This document shows, piece by piece, positions 1-9,317 of a stretch of DNA of 63,256 nucleotides (positions are counted from its first letter, which is position 1; every line of letters begins with the position of its first letter). Made by a program: the position numbers and the translations under genes. Under the pieces are notes generated by a model that made no database searches, had not been told where the DNA came from, and saw only the letters and a list, made by a program, of their open reading frames with translations. Source of the stretch: a virus (lineage: Duplodnaviria > Caudoviricetes); the IMG/VR virus record IMGVR_UViG_3300038621_000255, positions 1 to 63,256 of that record. The stretch is one strand, 5' to 3'.

Positions 1-2
1 TC

Positions 3-269
3 GAAGACCTGGGCAACGCCATTTATGAAGCCATTCAAAACGACGAAGGCTACATTTCCGCTGCCTTGTTGGCACGTTTTGACGCTCACCAGAGCTTTCC
101 CCGGTTGCCTTTTGAACCCATCGAACGATCTACCTACGAAGAGTTGGTACGCGCCGCCGAACAACGTTGCCAAAACGACAACTTCCACGACGCATTGAGC
201 CGTTACGATTCCGCAGCGTTTGGTGAGGAAGGACCGGCTGCTTGCGATTCGGATAAATGCCTATTTTAG
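3..269 (+). CDS. nrdJ: Class II (AdoCbl-dependent) ribonucleotide reductase, C-terminal part (5'-truncated by window edge)
   Basis: Frame open from base 3 (EDLGNAIYEAIQNDEGYISAALLARFD...FPRLPFEPI); ends in CDSDKC cysteine pair typical of monomeric RTPR. Confidence 0.9.
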   Translation, partial: EDLGNAIYEAIQNDEGYISAALLARFDAHQSFPRLPFEPIERSTYEELVRAAEQRCQNDNFHDALSRYDSAAFGEEGPAACDSDKCLF

Positions 270-393
270 TTGTTGTCAAAAAGGAGGTGGATGCATTAAA
301 ATAGAGGTAGCTACGTAAGGTTGGGCGGTAACGCAACGCGTATCCGACGATTATTCGTTCGCTGCTTTTCTTGCCTCCGGTTTGCTCTTACCT

Positions 394-431
394 ACTAAAG
401 AACCCCGTGCCTAGGCACGGGGTTCTTTAGT
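394..431. terminator. Perfect 38-bp palindrome between convergent genes, likely bidirectional terminator
   Basis: ACTAAAGAACCCCGTGCCT|AGGCACGGGGTTCTTTAGT. Confidence 0.6.
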
Positions 432-438
432 GTTTGGT

Positions 439-624
439 TTAATGTTGTTCGCTTTTTTCGCTTTCTATCAACTCTAAGAATTGTTTCCTGGTGATGGGAC
501 TAACCCCGTGGGCAGTGGGGTCAATACGCTCAGCTTCTAGGTTGGAGTTTTCATGTTCCTTAACCACCAGGGGAAAGGGTTGTTCATATTCTTCGGTGTA
601 GTATTTGTAGTACAAGGTGCGCAA
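439..624 (-). CDS. Small hypothetical protein
   Basis: GGAGG RBS and TTGACA (676-681, minus strand) / CATAAT promoter upstream. Confidence 0.65.
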   Translation of the reverse strand: MRTLYYKYYTEEYEQPFPLVVKEHENSNLEAERIDPTAHGVSPITRKQFLELIESEKSEQH

Positions 625-688
625 TTTGTTTCCTCCTTTGCTCTATATTTTTATTATGGCACGCTCTCTAGAGACTGTCAACCATCAA

Positions 689-1834
689 TTATAATTTATC
701 TGCATCCAAGGCTACGGGCATTATCAGGTGTTCCATATCCCAATCACGATCCATGCCGGATGTAAGCCCTAAAACAGCAGGGCTTGTTGGATCATTTATT
801 TTTAAAACCACCTGGCTCTCTTCCATCTTCTCAAAAGCTTTTAGCGCGTCCTGAAGATATGAGGCATTGAAGGCAATCTTGAGATCGCTGGGGGTATCGT
901 CGGGGGATTGGATCTCTAGGAAGTATTCCCCTTTCCCTCCTTCCCCTTCTGCTGTTACCAGGGCTTTATCGCCTTGGAAGTGAATTTGTACAACCCCATT
1001 CTTCTTCTTCGAGAAGGTGGCGACGAAGTTAATTACAGCCTGGGATTGCTCCACATCTAGTACTACCTCGTGGGTGAAAGAATCGGGAAGTAGCTGCTTG
1101 TATGCTGGGTACTGGCGTTCGTAGGTGGTAGCGAACACCCTGCCACTTTCCCCAGATATTTCCACATTCTGCCCTTCCGAGCGTATCCCAATATTTTCTT
1201 CCTCTTCGTTATTCATTGTTACGTGGAAGGAATATACTAGGCAAGAGGGGAGGATTAACTCTGCCCCCGCTTCCCCTAGCAAGTCCCAATCCCGGAATAT
1301 AGCCAATCGATGTCCATCCGTTGCAGCTGCTTCTACTTTGCTACCTCCTTCAAGATAAATCCCCTGTAATACGTCTTTGATGGGATCTGTTGAGGCGGCA
1401 TATCCGATAGCACCAAACAGAGCCGCCCAGCGGGAAAAATTACCCTCGAAAATGGGGGAATTGTCTACCAAATTGGGGATCTTTGGTAGTTCGTCTGGGT
1501 TCATTCCACGGATCCATGAATCGTTAATCTCTAGAGAGAATTCGTTCTCGCTACCCTGCTCGTGATACAGGTTAATAGCATCGTCGGGGAACGATGCTAT
1601 TGCCCTTGTAAGCAATGCGTGGGGGACTGCCAGATCTAGTTTTTCTTCGATTAGTTCTTTGTCGAGGTGAGTAGAAATCTCTACCCCAAGTTGTAGATTG
1701 TACCCTTTGAGGGTTAAGGAATCCTCTTCTTTTAATAGGTGGACGCACCCTAGGGTTGGGTGTTGGGGTTTATTAGGAATTGAAGGTTTTACCCTCTTCA
1801 ACACCGATTGAAGTACTTTCTTTTCTATCTCCAT
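689..1834 (-). CDS. dnaN: DNA polymerase III beta sliding clamp
   Basis: Motifs ATDGHRLA, YPAYKQLLP, IAFNASYLQDAL, C-terminal LIMPV; start moved to ATG 1834 behind GAGG. Confidence 0.93.
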   Translation of the reverse strand: MEIEKKVLQSVLKRVKPSIPNKPQHPTLGCVHLLKEEDSLTLKGYNLQLGVEISTHLDKELIEEKLDLAVPHALLTRAIASFPDDAINLYHEQGSENEFSLEINDSWIRGMNPDELPKIPNLVDNSPIFEGNFSRWAALFGAIGYAASTDPIKDVLQGIYLEGGSKVEAAATDGHRLAIFRDWDLLGEAGAELILPSCLVYSFHVTMNNEEEENIGIRSEGQNVEISGESGRVFATTYERQYPAYKQLLPDSFTHEVVLDVEQSQAVINFVATFSKKKNGVVQIHFQGDKALVTAEGEGGKGEYFLEIQSPDDTPSDLKIAFNASYLQDALKAFEKMEESQVVLKINDPTSPAVLGLTSGMDRDWDMEHLIMPVALDADKL

Positions 1835-1899
1835 GGCTTTACCTCTATGGATGTTTTCTATCCATAATTCTACCACGCTGGTTAGCTCTCAAGGTAAAA

Positions 1900-2210
1900 A
1901 TCTCCAAAATTCGCTCTGTGTGGAGATTCTGGGAATATTATAGGACTGTAATAAAAATTTTATTACGGGTCGGAACCGACAGAACTGACCCAAATTCCTT
2001 TTAAATCCATACGTACAGGGAATTTTGGCTTTATTACGCCTTTTATTATACCGGGCTTTTATCGGATCGCTGTATTCCCTCAACCATGCAGATTACAGCG
2101 TTTATTACAGTATTACTATATAGGGTAATAAACGCTGTAATATTTGCTGTAATCTCCTGTACGACTGGGTTTGAGCCTCGTTTTGTCTGGTTAATGTATG
2201 TTGTGTTACA
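1900..2210. repeat. ATTAC/GTAAT-rich palindromic locus A
   Basis: Shares CTCTGTGTGGAGATT, CGGATCGCTGTA..CCCTCAACCATGCAGATT and TTTGCTGTAATCTCC with loci at 18.9, 43.4 and 58 kb. Confidence 0.85.
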
Positions 2211-2226
2211 AGAAATACTTCTCTCA

Positions 2227-2403
2227 TCGGTTAGGGGCAAGATCGATAGAGGGTAGAATGCGGGGGTCGGTTACCCACCTTAAACCCAGGCACAGTAAGG
2301 GTTTCAGCGATTGATAGTTTACGAGGGGGTAAAGACCCATAATCGCTGAGATGCCGTAACCATATTTCAGCTCCCTAACTGACCATAGAGTTAGTACATT
2401 TTT
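2227..2403 (+). repeat. Degenerate copy of ~210-bp cassette repeat
   Basis: CCCACCTTAAACCCAG..AAGGGTTTCAGCGATTGATAG..ACGAGGGGGTAAAGACCCATAATCGCTGAGATGCC matches copies at 58549, 59461, 60549. Confidence 0.85.
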
Positions 2404-2473
2404 GCGTGCTGCCCTTAATCGACCACAGCAAATCCCTGGTGTTAAGGTATTTGAAATAAATTCTGGAAACCCA

Positions 2474-2503
2474 TTGACAGTTAACAGTAGGGTATGCCAC
2501 TAT
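2474..2503 (+). promoter_or_regulatory. Sigma70-type promoter
   Basis: TTGACA-N18-CACTAT with TG extension; related promoters at 23952, 43977, 47124, 50657, 58809, 59720, 60804 (+) and 676, 55430 (-). Confidence 0.7.
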
Positions 2504-2545
2504 AAAAATAGTTCTTCAAAAGGAAAGCAACCGGAGGCAAAAGCC

Positions 2546-3121
2546 ATGCCCGCATACAAAAGTTACCATAGCGATCCCTTTGAAAATCATGAGGATTCCT
2601 TAGAAGAGAACCTGGGTAATTACCAAAAAGTAAAACCCATAGAAACTCAGGTTATGGGGATTTCCCTTCAGGGGAAAGTGTATATCCCATTTAAAGAAAA
2701 TGCCCTCCAAGGTCAAACACCAAAAACAGTGTGGAAAATACCGTTTGAAGAAGAGGTAGAACTGCCCGAGACTGGCTACCTTGCAAGACTAGACACTTCT
2801 GGAATTATCAATAAGGTAGAAGGGTTAGAAAATGCTCTTTTAGCTACCCAAAGATTGGAAGAAATTGTTTTCCAGTCGGGGATGATTTTCAAAGTAGCCC
2901 ATAAAGAATTGATTAAAAAGGGAATAAATGTAGACAAGGTAGTAATTGACTTCCAAGGGCAGAACCCCTTAAACCTTAAAGAGGGGATCCGTGTTTACCC
3001 TTCAGACCTTAACATGTTGGTTAAATCCAACAGTAATTGGGTCGAATTAGCAAATGGGAAGTATATATACATGTCTTCCATGGAAGATGCCGAAGAGAAA
3101 GTAGAAAAGTTTTTCGGTTAA
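2546..3121 (+). CDS. Hypothetical early protein
   Basis: GGAGGCAA RBS before ATG 2546, downstream of promoter. Confidence 0.75.
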   Translation: MPAYKSYHSDPFENHEDSLEENLGNYQKVKPIETQVMGISLQGKVYIPFKENALQGQTPKTVWKIPFEEEVELPETGYLARLDTSGIINKVEGLENALLATQRLEEIVFQSGMIFKVAHKELIKKGINVDKVVIDFQGQNPLNLKEGIRVYPSDLNMLVKSNSNWVELANGKYIYMSSMEDAEEKVEKFFG

Positions 3122-3137
3122 TTTTCAGTTGAAACCA

Positions 3138-3165
3138 CGACCTGGGCAAGTCGTTAAACTGCCCA
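3138..3165 (+). ncRNA. Putative H-type pseudoknot in 5' leader, copy 1
   Basis: CGAC/GTCG and TGGGCA/TGCCCA interleaved stems; repeated at 44226 and 55022. Confidence 0.6.
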
Positions 3166-3192
3166 ACAAGAGTAAACCGACAGGAGGCAATT

Positions 3193-3429
3193 ATGCTACA
3201 AATTCTCAAAAAACAAGCGATCGAACCAGACCGTGACGTTTATCTAGTCGGAAACATCACTACACCTCGCCGCGATCGCGTCAGGGTATACAGCACTGGG
3301 GATACCCACAACTGCAGCTGCGATCGCTACAAGGATCACGGACATTGTTTTCACATCCGTTTTATTCGTGACTTTGAATCCGGTTTGGATGGGAGCTGTT
3401 GCCCCATTGATGCCGAGGATGAGTTCTAA
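3193..3429 (+). CDS. SWIM zinc-finger protein
   Basis: CSC-x7-CFH motif; GGAGG RBS. Confidence 0.7.
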   Translation: MLQILKKQAIEPDRDVYLVGNITTPRRDRVRVYSTGDTHNCSCDRYKDHGHCFHIRFIRDFESGLDGSCCPIDAEDEF

Positions 3430-3447
3430 TTAATTGCAGACCCCAGT

Positions 3448-3483
3448 AAAAAGCCCCCTCAGCTTCCACTGAGGGGGCTTTTT
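3448..3483. terminator. Bidirectional intrinsic terminator
   Basis: AAAAAGCCCCCTCAG...CTGAGGGGGCTTTTT between convergent genes. Confidence 0.8.
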
Positions 3484-4123
3484 ATTTTGCTAGTTCTAGG
3501 GCTTGGTGGTACTCGTGCGCGTGCTGCAGGAACCCCTGCCAGTACCGTTTCAGGTCTTTCCCCTCTACCTCCCAAACTTGGGATTCTTTAGAGGGTAGCA
3601 GGGTGATTATCTTTGCTTTACCTAGTTTCCACCCATAGAGCCAATTACAAGCGCCCAGGTAGGCTGCTGCTTGGTGGAAATCGCGTTGCATTTGGTACTT
3701 GGTGCGCGGCTTCTGGGTGGTTTTCCAATCTAATAAACACCACTCCTCACCTTGGATTTTGGCAACCAAGTCGGGTGTACCTGCGAAGCCGTGTTCTGGA
3801 TGAAATACGCTACTTTCCAATAGTGCGATCGCCTCTACCTTCTCTAGGTAGGGAAGCGCGGCGTAATAATAGGGGCTGTTAGCCAGGGTAAGTTTTGGAT
3901 GTCTCCCCTCTAGTTTTGCTTGGATTGCCCTATGTATTTCGATGCCACGCGCCAATCTACTTTCGCGATCGCATTTATTTTGTGGGTTTCGATTATTGAA
4001 AGGGGAAGGGAGAGCAGCGCTCAGAATTGCCGATACGCTAGGGTATCTCCCAACGTTGTTCCCTCGCGTGTCGGTTATAAGATAATGCCTCCTTTCCCCC
4101 TCATTGATTCGCTTTACCTTAAT
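3482..4123 (-). CDS. PD-(D/E)XK exonuclease
   Basis: RGIEIH, AGTPD..LLDWKT, QAAAY motifs; frame stays open upstream of TTG 3955 through YPSVSAIL, start uncertain (possible ATT 4123). Confidence 0.8.
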   Translation of the reverse strand: MKVKRINEGERRHYLITDTRGNNVGRYPSVSAILSAALPSPFNNRNPQNKCDRESRLARGIEIHRAIQAKLEGRHPKLTLANSPYYYAALPYLEKVEAIALLESSVFHPEHGFAGTPDLVAKIQGEEWCLLDWKTTQKPRTKYQMQRDFHQAAAYLGACNWLYGWKLGKAKIITLLPSKESQVWEVEGKDLKRYWQGFLQHAHEYHQALELAK

Positions 4124-4556
4124 ATAACCCCCTTTGTGTTTTCCGCACCGTGTAAGTCCTTCTGTCCTCTTCGTAGTAAACCCCTCCTAAAATTATCTGA
4201 CGGGTTACTTTCCCTTTTTGGTTGGTGTTTATCGCTTGGTAAATGTGCTGATCCTTTTCTACCGTCTTGACTTTTTGGAAGTCGCACCCCGTTATTGCTT
4301 CGGCTTCTTGTATCGTAGTCCCTGTTTCTAAGTTTTCAATCGATAGGGTTTTGATTCGTTCGTACATTGAAGCTGTTAACGTGGTTTGGCATACGTTAAT
4401 TGTTACAACTCTGCCATCTAATTCGTATCGATACTTTTCTTGCTTTTCCTGCTTCTCCGCATTCACGTTCGATGATGACGTGTTGCTATAACAGGTCGCC
4501 AACAAGGGGGTCAGTGCCACGCTTGCAGCTATCAAAAAATTTTTCCATTTAGCCAT
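4119..4556 (-). CDS. Secreted/lipoprotein-like hypothetical
   Basis: Basic-hydrophobic N-terminus followed by Cys. Confidence 0.6.
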   Translation of the reverse strand: MAKWKNFLIAASVALTPLLATCYSNTSSSNVNAEKQEKQEKYRYELDGRVVTINVCQTTLTASMYERIKTLSIENLETGTTIQEAEAITGCDFQKVKTVEKDQHIYQAINTNQKGKVTRQIILGGVYYEEDRRTYTVRKTQRGLY

Positions 4557-4557
4557 T

Positions 4558-4857
4558 TTACTTTTCCTCTTTAAGTTTGATTTCGAGTTCTTGTACTTTT
4601 CTGTTCAGTTGCCTGTTTTCCCTTGATAGACCTTCTAGTTGGGAATGCAGGGAAGATACTTCCTTTTGCAGCCCTTCTTTTTCCCAGTAGATATTTTGCA
4701 AGGGATTCTCCCGGCGGATCACCCACTCGTATAGGGCTTCCCTTACGAGAGAAGAAACCACAAGGGAATACTCTTGGGCGAATTTTTCCAACCGATACCA
4801 CAACCTAGTTGGTATCGTTATGTGCAGTTCTTTATTGAAATTTTCTGATTTGGACAT
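4558..4857 (-). CDS. Ribbon-helix-helix-like regulator with coiled coil
   Basis: LHITIP..L..FA...SSLVREAL pattern. Confidence 0.55.
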   Translation of the reverse strand: MSKSENFNKELHITIPTRLWYRLEKFAQEYSLVVSSLVREALYEWVIRRENPLQNIYWEKEGLQKEVSSLHSQLEGLSRENRQLNRKVQELEIKLKEEK

Positions 4858-4945
4858 AAACGATCCACCTCTATCTCTATTCTAGCTCCTTAACCCGGGA
4901 ATTGATAGGGAAAATTACAATAGAATTGATGGTATTTGGCTTTTT

Positions 4946-5692
4946 ATGGCGATTCCAAGAAGTATTATCAATCAACCCAACGAGTGGGCGAACTTCTTTA
5001 GAGGGAAAACAGAAGTACCCACCCAAGCTTGGCGCGATCTGAATCAAGAGGAATATGGTTTTTCTTTCGCGATTGCAGGCGTAACCAATTTACAATTCTT
5101 AAAAGAGGTAAGAGAACTTCTGCAAGAGGAGCTTGCCAAGCCCGAGGGTAGTTCGTTTCGGCAATTTCTAAAGAATTTCGACAAAGCGATCGCACGCAGG
5201 GGATGGGCTGGCGACAAGCCCTGGCGGCGGAAACTAATTTGGCATCAGAATACTCGGTCGGCTTATGCCCAGGGACGGTATCAACAGCAGGTACGCCCGG
5301 AGAGCTTACGGTTGCAGGGTGCTTGGCGTTGGGCACACAGGTGGCCGAAAAACCCAAGACCCGACCATATTGCCTTAGATGGGAAGCTCTATCCCCCTGG
5401 AACAACCGATTTTTCGGGGCAATCGTACCCACCCAATGGCTATTTTTTCTGCCATTGCGCGATTGTTACCGAATCCGCAGGTTCGGTGCGACGTAAGGGA
5501 TTTTCACCAATGAGTCCAGTGCAAAATCCCCCCAAACACCTACCGGGGCAAGACCCAGAGAGCCGCGATCGCATTGCCAATCAAATCGCCGAGAAGTTGC
5601 CACCCGATCTTAGGCAAAGTTTCACCCAATGGCGTGAGAAACGCCAACAATTCCTAGATAGGATTATGCAGAATATTGATGAGGAGGGTTAA
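4946..5692 (+). CDS. Head morphogenesis protein (Mu gpF / SPP1 gp7-like)
   Basis: FAIAG, NTRSAYAQGR, RPDHIALDG, PPNG..CHC motifs. Confidence 0.85.
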   Translation: MAIPRSIINQPNEWANFFRGKTEVPTQAWRDLNQEEYGFSFAIAGVTNLQFLKEVRELLQEELAKPEGSSFRQFLKNFDKAIARRGWAGDKPWRRKLIWHQNTRSAYAQGRYQQQVRPESLRLQGAWRWAHRWPKNPRPDHIALDGKLYPPGTTDFSGQSYPPNGYFFCHCAIVTESAGSVRRKGFSPMSPVQNPPKHLPGQDPESRDRIANQIAEKLPPDLRQSFTQWREKRQQFLDRIMQNIDEEG

Positions 5693-6088
5693 ATGGCATT
5701 CTCAGTAAGAATCAGCCGCGATGGTTTTGAAGAGCTAATCAATGCTATCGAAGATACCCAGCCCCTATTTCAAGCAATAGGACAAATGGCGGACCGGCGA
5801 CTGCAGGATACACAATCCGCAGGGCAGGATCCCTACGGAAGAACATGGGAACCATTAGCTACGGGGGAACCTAGCTTTTTGCGGCAAACTGGGGATCTGG
5901 AGAATTCCCGAAATTGGGAAGCCGGACAAGGCTACGCCCGTATAGGCTTTGGGGCACATTATGCAAAATTCCATCAAACCGGGACTTCTAAAATGCCTCG
6001 CCGCCGGTTGGTTCCCGACCGGGGACTACCTGGTGATTGGGACCAAGAAATTTCAGATTTAGCAGAGGAGTGGGTAAATGCAATTTAA
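5693..6088 (+). CDS. Virion morphogenesis protein (Mu gpG-like)
   Basis: DPYG..WEPL, LRQTGDL, YAKFHQTG..MPRR motifs. Confidence 0.8.
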   Translation: MAFSVRISRDGFEELINAIEDTQPLFQAIGQMADRRLQDTQSAGQDPYGRTWEPLATGEPSFLRQTGDLENSRNWEAGQGYARIGFGAHYAKFHQTGTSKMPRRRLVPDRGLPGDWDQEISDLAEEWVNAI

Positions 6089-7214
6089 TCTATTATCAGT
6101 TGGGCAAAAACAAGCGAACAGCGGGCAATCTATAGACATATCGCCAAGCCTTCTACAAGAGATCGTAGAGAGTTTCAAAGAGAGTAAGGGGCGCTTCCTT
6201 CCCCCTGTCATTGAAGGGCACCAAGGAGGGGATGACAGGGAACGTGGCGAGGGAATTGACGCACTTATACGAAATCTAGAATTTGATGGTCAATTTCTGA
6301 AAGGAGAATTCGGGCAAATCCAGGATAGGTTCTGGGAAGCGGTAAAGGGGGAAGGTGGCAATTTTACCCCTTACCTATCTTCACGAATCCTACCCCCCGA
6401 CCATCCCTACAACCCAAACCCGGGAAAGTGGAGCTTGGGGCATGTTGCCCGGGTAGGGCTTCCTGGCGATCCCCAATTGGGCTATCTATTTAATCAAAAG
6501 CAAGAGGATGGATCCATCTTGGCGCCGAATTATCCTTTAGATTTCGCCGAAGAAGGGCAAAAAGAAGGCAGCAACGAGGATCCAGGCGATAGAATAGAGG
6601 ACGATACTACTATAGCGATTAATATGCCAACAGAGTATCAACAACAGGAACAAAACTCCCAGCAACAACAAGAGGAAAAGCAGGATGAGGGGCAACAACA
6701 GCAATCCCAATCTGCCGACCTTTCCTCTTTGATGGAAAAAGTGAACAACCTTCTGCAACAGCAGGAGCAGCAACAACAAAAGTTATTAGATCGGATTTCT
6801 AAATTAGAAGAAAACGCCGCGCAACCTATCACCGATAGTAAACACGAACAGCAGCAACAACAGCAGGAGCAAAAGGAAGAGGCAGAAGCCCCTGATTTTT
6901 CCCAATTACAGGACCAGATCGAAACGCAGAATCGTGCAATCTGGTCTATGAGATTGTCGCCTTATTTCCAAAGCCAAGACCGGCTAAACAAAGAAATTAA
7001 TTACCTTTCCGGTCTGAACAAGGCTGCTAAAAATGGGATTGACTTTGGACAAGACCCCGTAGAATCCCGAATTCAAGAATTGATTGAATTTAATCAGGGA
7101 GTGCGGTTGGGGGAACCCGAGTCCCCTGCGGTTGACAAGGAAACCCAACAGGAAAAAAGCCCCTTGGAGAAAGCAAGGGAAGAAGCAAGGAAAAAGTATG
7201 AGGAGAAAAAGTAG
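6078..7214 (+). CDS. Prohead protease/scaffold
   Basis: PPVIEGH, YLS, LGHVA N-terminal domain, Q/E-rich scaffold region; precedes capsid genes. Confidence 0.7.
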   Translation: MQFNLLSVGQKQANSGQSIDISPSLLQEIVESFKESKGRFLPPVIEGHQGGDDRERGEGIDALIRNLEFDGQFLKGEFGQIQDRFWEAVKGEGGNFTPYLSSRILPPDHPYNPNPGKWSLGHVARVGLPGDPQLGYLFNQKQEDGSILAPNYPLDFAEEGQKEGSNEDPGDRIEDDTTIAINMPTEYQQQEQNSQQQQEEKQDEGQQQQSQSADLSSLMEKVNNLLQQQEQQQQKLLDRISKLEENAAQPITDSKHEQQQQQQEQKEEAEAPDFSQLQDQIETQNRAIWSMRLSPYFQSQDRLNKEINYLSGLNKAAKNGIDFGQDPVESRIQELIEFNQGVRLGEPESPAVDKETQQEKSPLEKAREEARKKYEEKK

Positions 7215-7703
7215 ATGACCCTAGATCTCTATTTAAAACAGGGCTATGAAGGTAGACCCGGCCTTCTAGATCCCACAGCCCGACAACAATCCGTAAGAAA
7301 TGAAAGCGGCTCAAGCATTGCCCCGGGTCGTTTGTGCGTGGTAACTGGCGGCTCGGATATTCCGACCGTAAAATTGATTTCAGCGTCAAGCGATCACCCC
7401 TTGGGAATAACTCTGAATACCACAATGGCTGGTGACATCGATGTTGCCCTGCCTGACGCTGATGTTGGGACGGTGCTTTACCGGGGTCCGATTTATGTAG
7501 TACCCGAGGTAGCTGTCGATCCTTCCGACCCGGTATACGTACGCCACACATCCCACAGCTCACCGGGCACTTACGATGCGATTGGGCGATTCAGGAACGA
7601 TGCTGATACGGATGGATCGGACACTGCAATGGAATTACCGAAGTGCCGATGGATTAGCGCATCAGCGGCGGGTGGTCTAGCAATTTTAGAATTCGCACTG
7701 TAA
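7215..7703 (+). CDS. Capsid decoration protein
   Basis: Position between scaffold and capsid; G-x-IYV..V...DPVYVR pattern. Confidence 0.65.
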   Translation: MTLDLYLKQGYEGRPGLLDPTARQQSVRNESGSSIAPGRLCVVTGGSDIPTVKLISASSDHPLGITLNTTMAGDIDVALPDADVGTVLYRGPIYVVPEVAVDPSDPVYVRHTSHSSPGTYDAIGRFRNDADTDGSDTAMELPKCRWISASAAGGLAILEFAL

Positions 7704-7726
7704 TAGATAATAAGTAAGGAGAATTA

Positions 7727-8677
7727 ATGGCTACAAAAGCTTTTATTGACGAACAGTTAGAGCTATCTTTAAGCCGTGTAATACAGCAACCTTACCCAGC
7801 TTTAAGGTACGAGAATGGGGAGTTTATTCCCACAATGGCAGACCTGGATCTGGGCGTTAGCCGGATTTCGCAAAGAGTATTAGATGAAGCCGGCCAGGCT
7901 GCATTCTGGGGCGGCGAAGGGGGACAAATACCCGTCGCCGATATTTCAGTAAGTGAACGGACCTATCCCGTGCGGGCAGTCGCTGCTGGCTATCGGGTAA
8001 GCGAAAAAGAAATTGCAGAAGCCGAGCGTGCTAGGAGAAACGGGGAATTGGATATTCCCTTGGGACAGCGCAAAGCCATGATGGCGGCGAGGGCAATCGC
8101 TGAAAAGGTTGACAGCATCGTAGCTTATGGCGAACCGGGTCAGAACTTTACTGGTTTCCTAAGCGATCCTGGTGTAGAGGTAGTGGATTCTTCTTTCGAC
8201 TTTTATAATACTGCCAATACGGCACAAGAGCAGCAAACCGCCATCTTTGAATTCTTCCAGGATCAAATTAGTACGGTAATTGGTAAAGTAGAGCGACTTT
8301 TCCAGCCCACTCACGTACTCCTGCCTCTAGATGTATTTAATCGTTTAAATATTGCCACCATAGATGCGAACAATATTCTGCTGGAAGTACTGCAACGACA
8401 GCTCGCCCCTTATGGCATACAAACAATCACGTGGGATAATCGTCTAAACGCCCAGCAATTATTTGACGCAGGGGTGCGGGGAGACGCAAACAAGGATCGC
8501 CTCGTCTTTTATACACGAAGCCCCGAGGTAATCGAACGCCATACAGGTGTATTGCAGCAAGCTGAGCGGGAACGTTCCAATATGCAGGAATTCGTGCCCT
8601 ACTACCAGGTGATTAGCCCACCGCAGTTCCATTATCCCGAAACTGCGTTGTATGTAGACGTGCCGGTCAAATCCTAA
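7727..8677 (+). CDS. Major capsid protein (DUF2184/encapsulin-like HK97 fold)
   Basis: 316 aa, AYGE..FTGFL and YPE..YVD ending; synteny. Confidence 0.8.
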   Translation: MATKAFIDEQLELSLSRVIQQPYPALRYENGEFIPTMADLDLGVSRISQRVLDEAGQAAFWGGEGGQIPVADISVSERTYPVRAVAAGYRVSEKEIAEAERARRNGELDIPLGQRKAMMAARAIAEKVDSIVAYGEPGQNFTGFLSDPGVEVVDSSFDFYNTANTAQEQQTAIFEFFQDQISTVIGKVERLFQPTHVLLPLDVFNRLNIATIDANNILLEVLQRQLAPYGIQTITWDNRLNAQQLFDAGVRGDANKDRLVFYTRSPEVIERHTGVLQQAERERSNMQEFVPYYQVISPPQFHYPETALYVDVPVKS

Positions 8678-8692
8678 TATAGGTGAGCAGAA

Positions 8693-8953
8693 ATGAAGAT
8701 TTGGTTCTACCCCGAACGACAGCAGCCAATCGCCCGGCAAGCACCTTACACGCTCGATAGCGTGCGGTTAGTGCCGGGGGAAAATAACCTTTCCGAGAAT
8801 CAATACAAGCAGGTAAGCGACCTCGAAGCCTACCAGCAATTGCTGGAGCAAGGGGCTGTTGTCGAAGAGGAAGGAAAGAAACAACAGAAAAGAAAAAGAA
8901 CTTCCCAGCAGCAACAGCAGGAGGTAACCAGTGAGACTAAGAGCGAAACGTAG
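8693..8953 (+). CDS. Hypothetical virion-region protein
   Basis: RBS; LVPGEN motif; operon position. Confidence 0.6.
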   Translation: MKIWFYPERQQPIARQAPYTLDSVRLVPGENNLSENQYKQVSDLEAYQQLLEQGAVVEEEGKKQQKRKRTSQQQQQEVTSETKSET

Positions 8954-9314
8954 GTTCCAGTGGGGCGATCGCTGGGTTGCCCCTGGGGAAATGCTTGACA
9001 TGCCCGAGACTACCCGGGTAAATACGCTTCGGCGGTTGGGATACCTAGAAAGCACCGCCCCTGTTATCCCCATGGACGAACGACCCCAACCTGCTGCATC
9101 AGAGCAGGCAGAGGAGCAACAACCAACACCAACAGCCACCACCACACCCAAACTCAACCTCAACACCGCCAGTAGTGGAGAACTGCAAGACCTAAATGGA
9201 ATTGGAGAAAGTAGGGCATCGGAGATTATCGCCGCTCGTCCCTTTGCCTCAGTTGATGAGGCTGTAGGGCAATTGGGATACCTCGCCGACCACCAATTCA
9301 AGCTAGAGGTCTAA
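8931..9314 (+). CDS. Helix-hairpin-helix (ComEA-like) protein
   Basis: LNLNTAS..ELQDLNGIGESRASEII..RPFASVDE. Confidence 0.8.
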   Translation: MRLRAKRRFQWGDRWVAPGEMLDMPETTRVNTLRRLGYLESTAPVIPMDERPQPAASEQAEEQQPTPTATTTPKLNLNTASSGELQDLNGIGESRASEIIAARPFASVDEAVGQLGYLADHQFKLEV

Positions 9315-9317
9315 AGG

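Noticed and set aside
394-431. Protelomerase target of a linear phage-plasmid
   Set aside because: No protelomerase-like gene recognised; position fits a terminator
2402-2545. ORF-track N-terminal extensions (also at 1876, 44904, 47124, 52583, 58809, 59754)
   Set aside because: They run through promoters or hairpins; downstream ATGs with clear RBS are preferred
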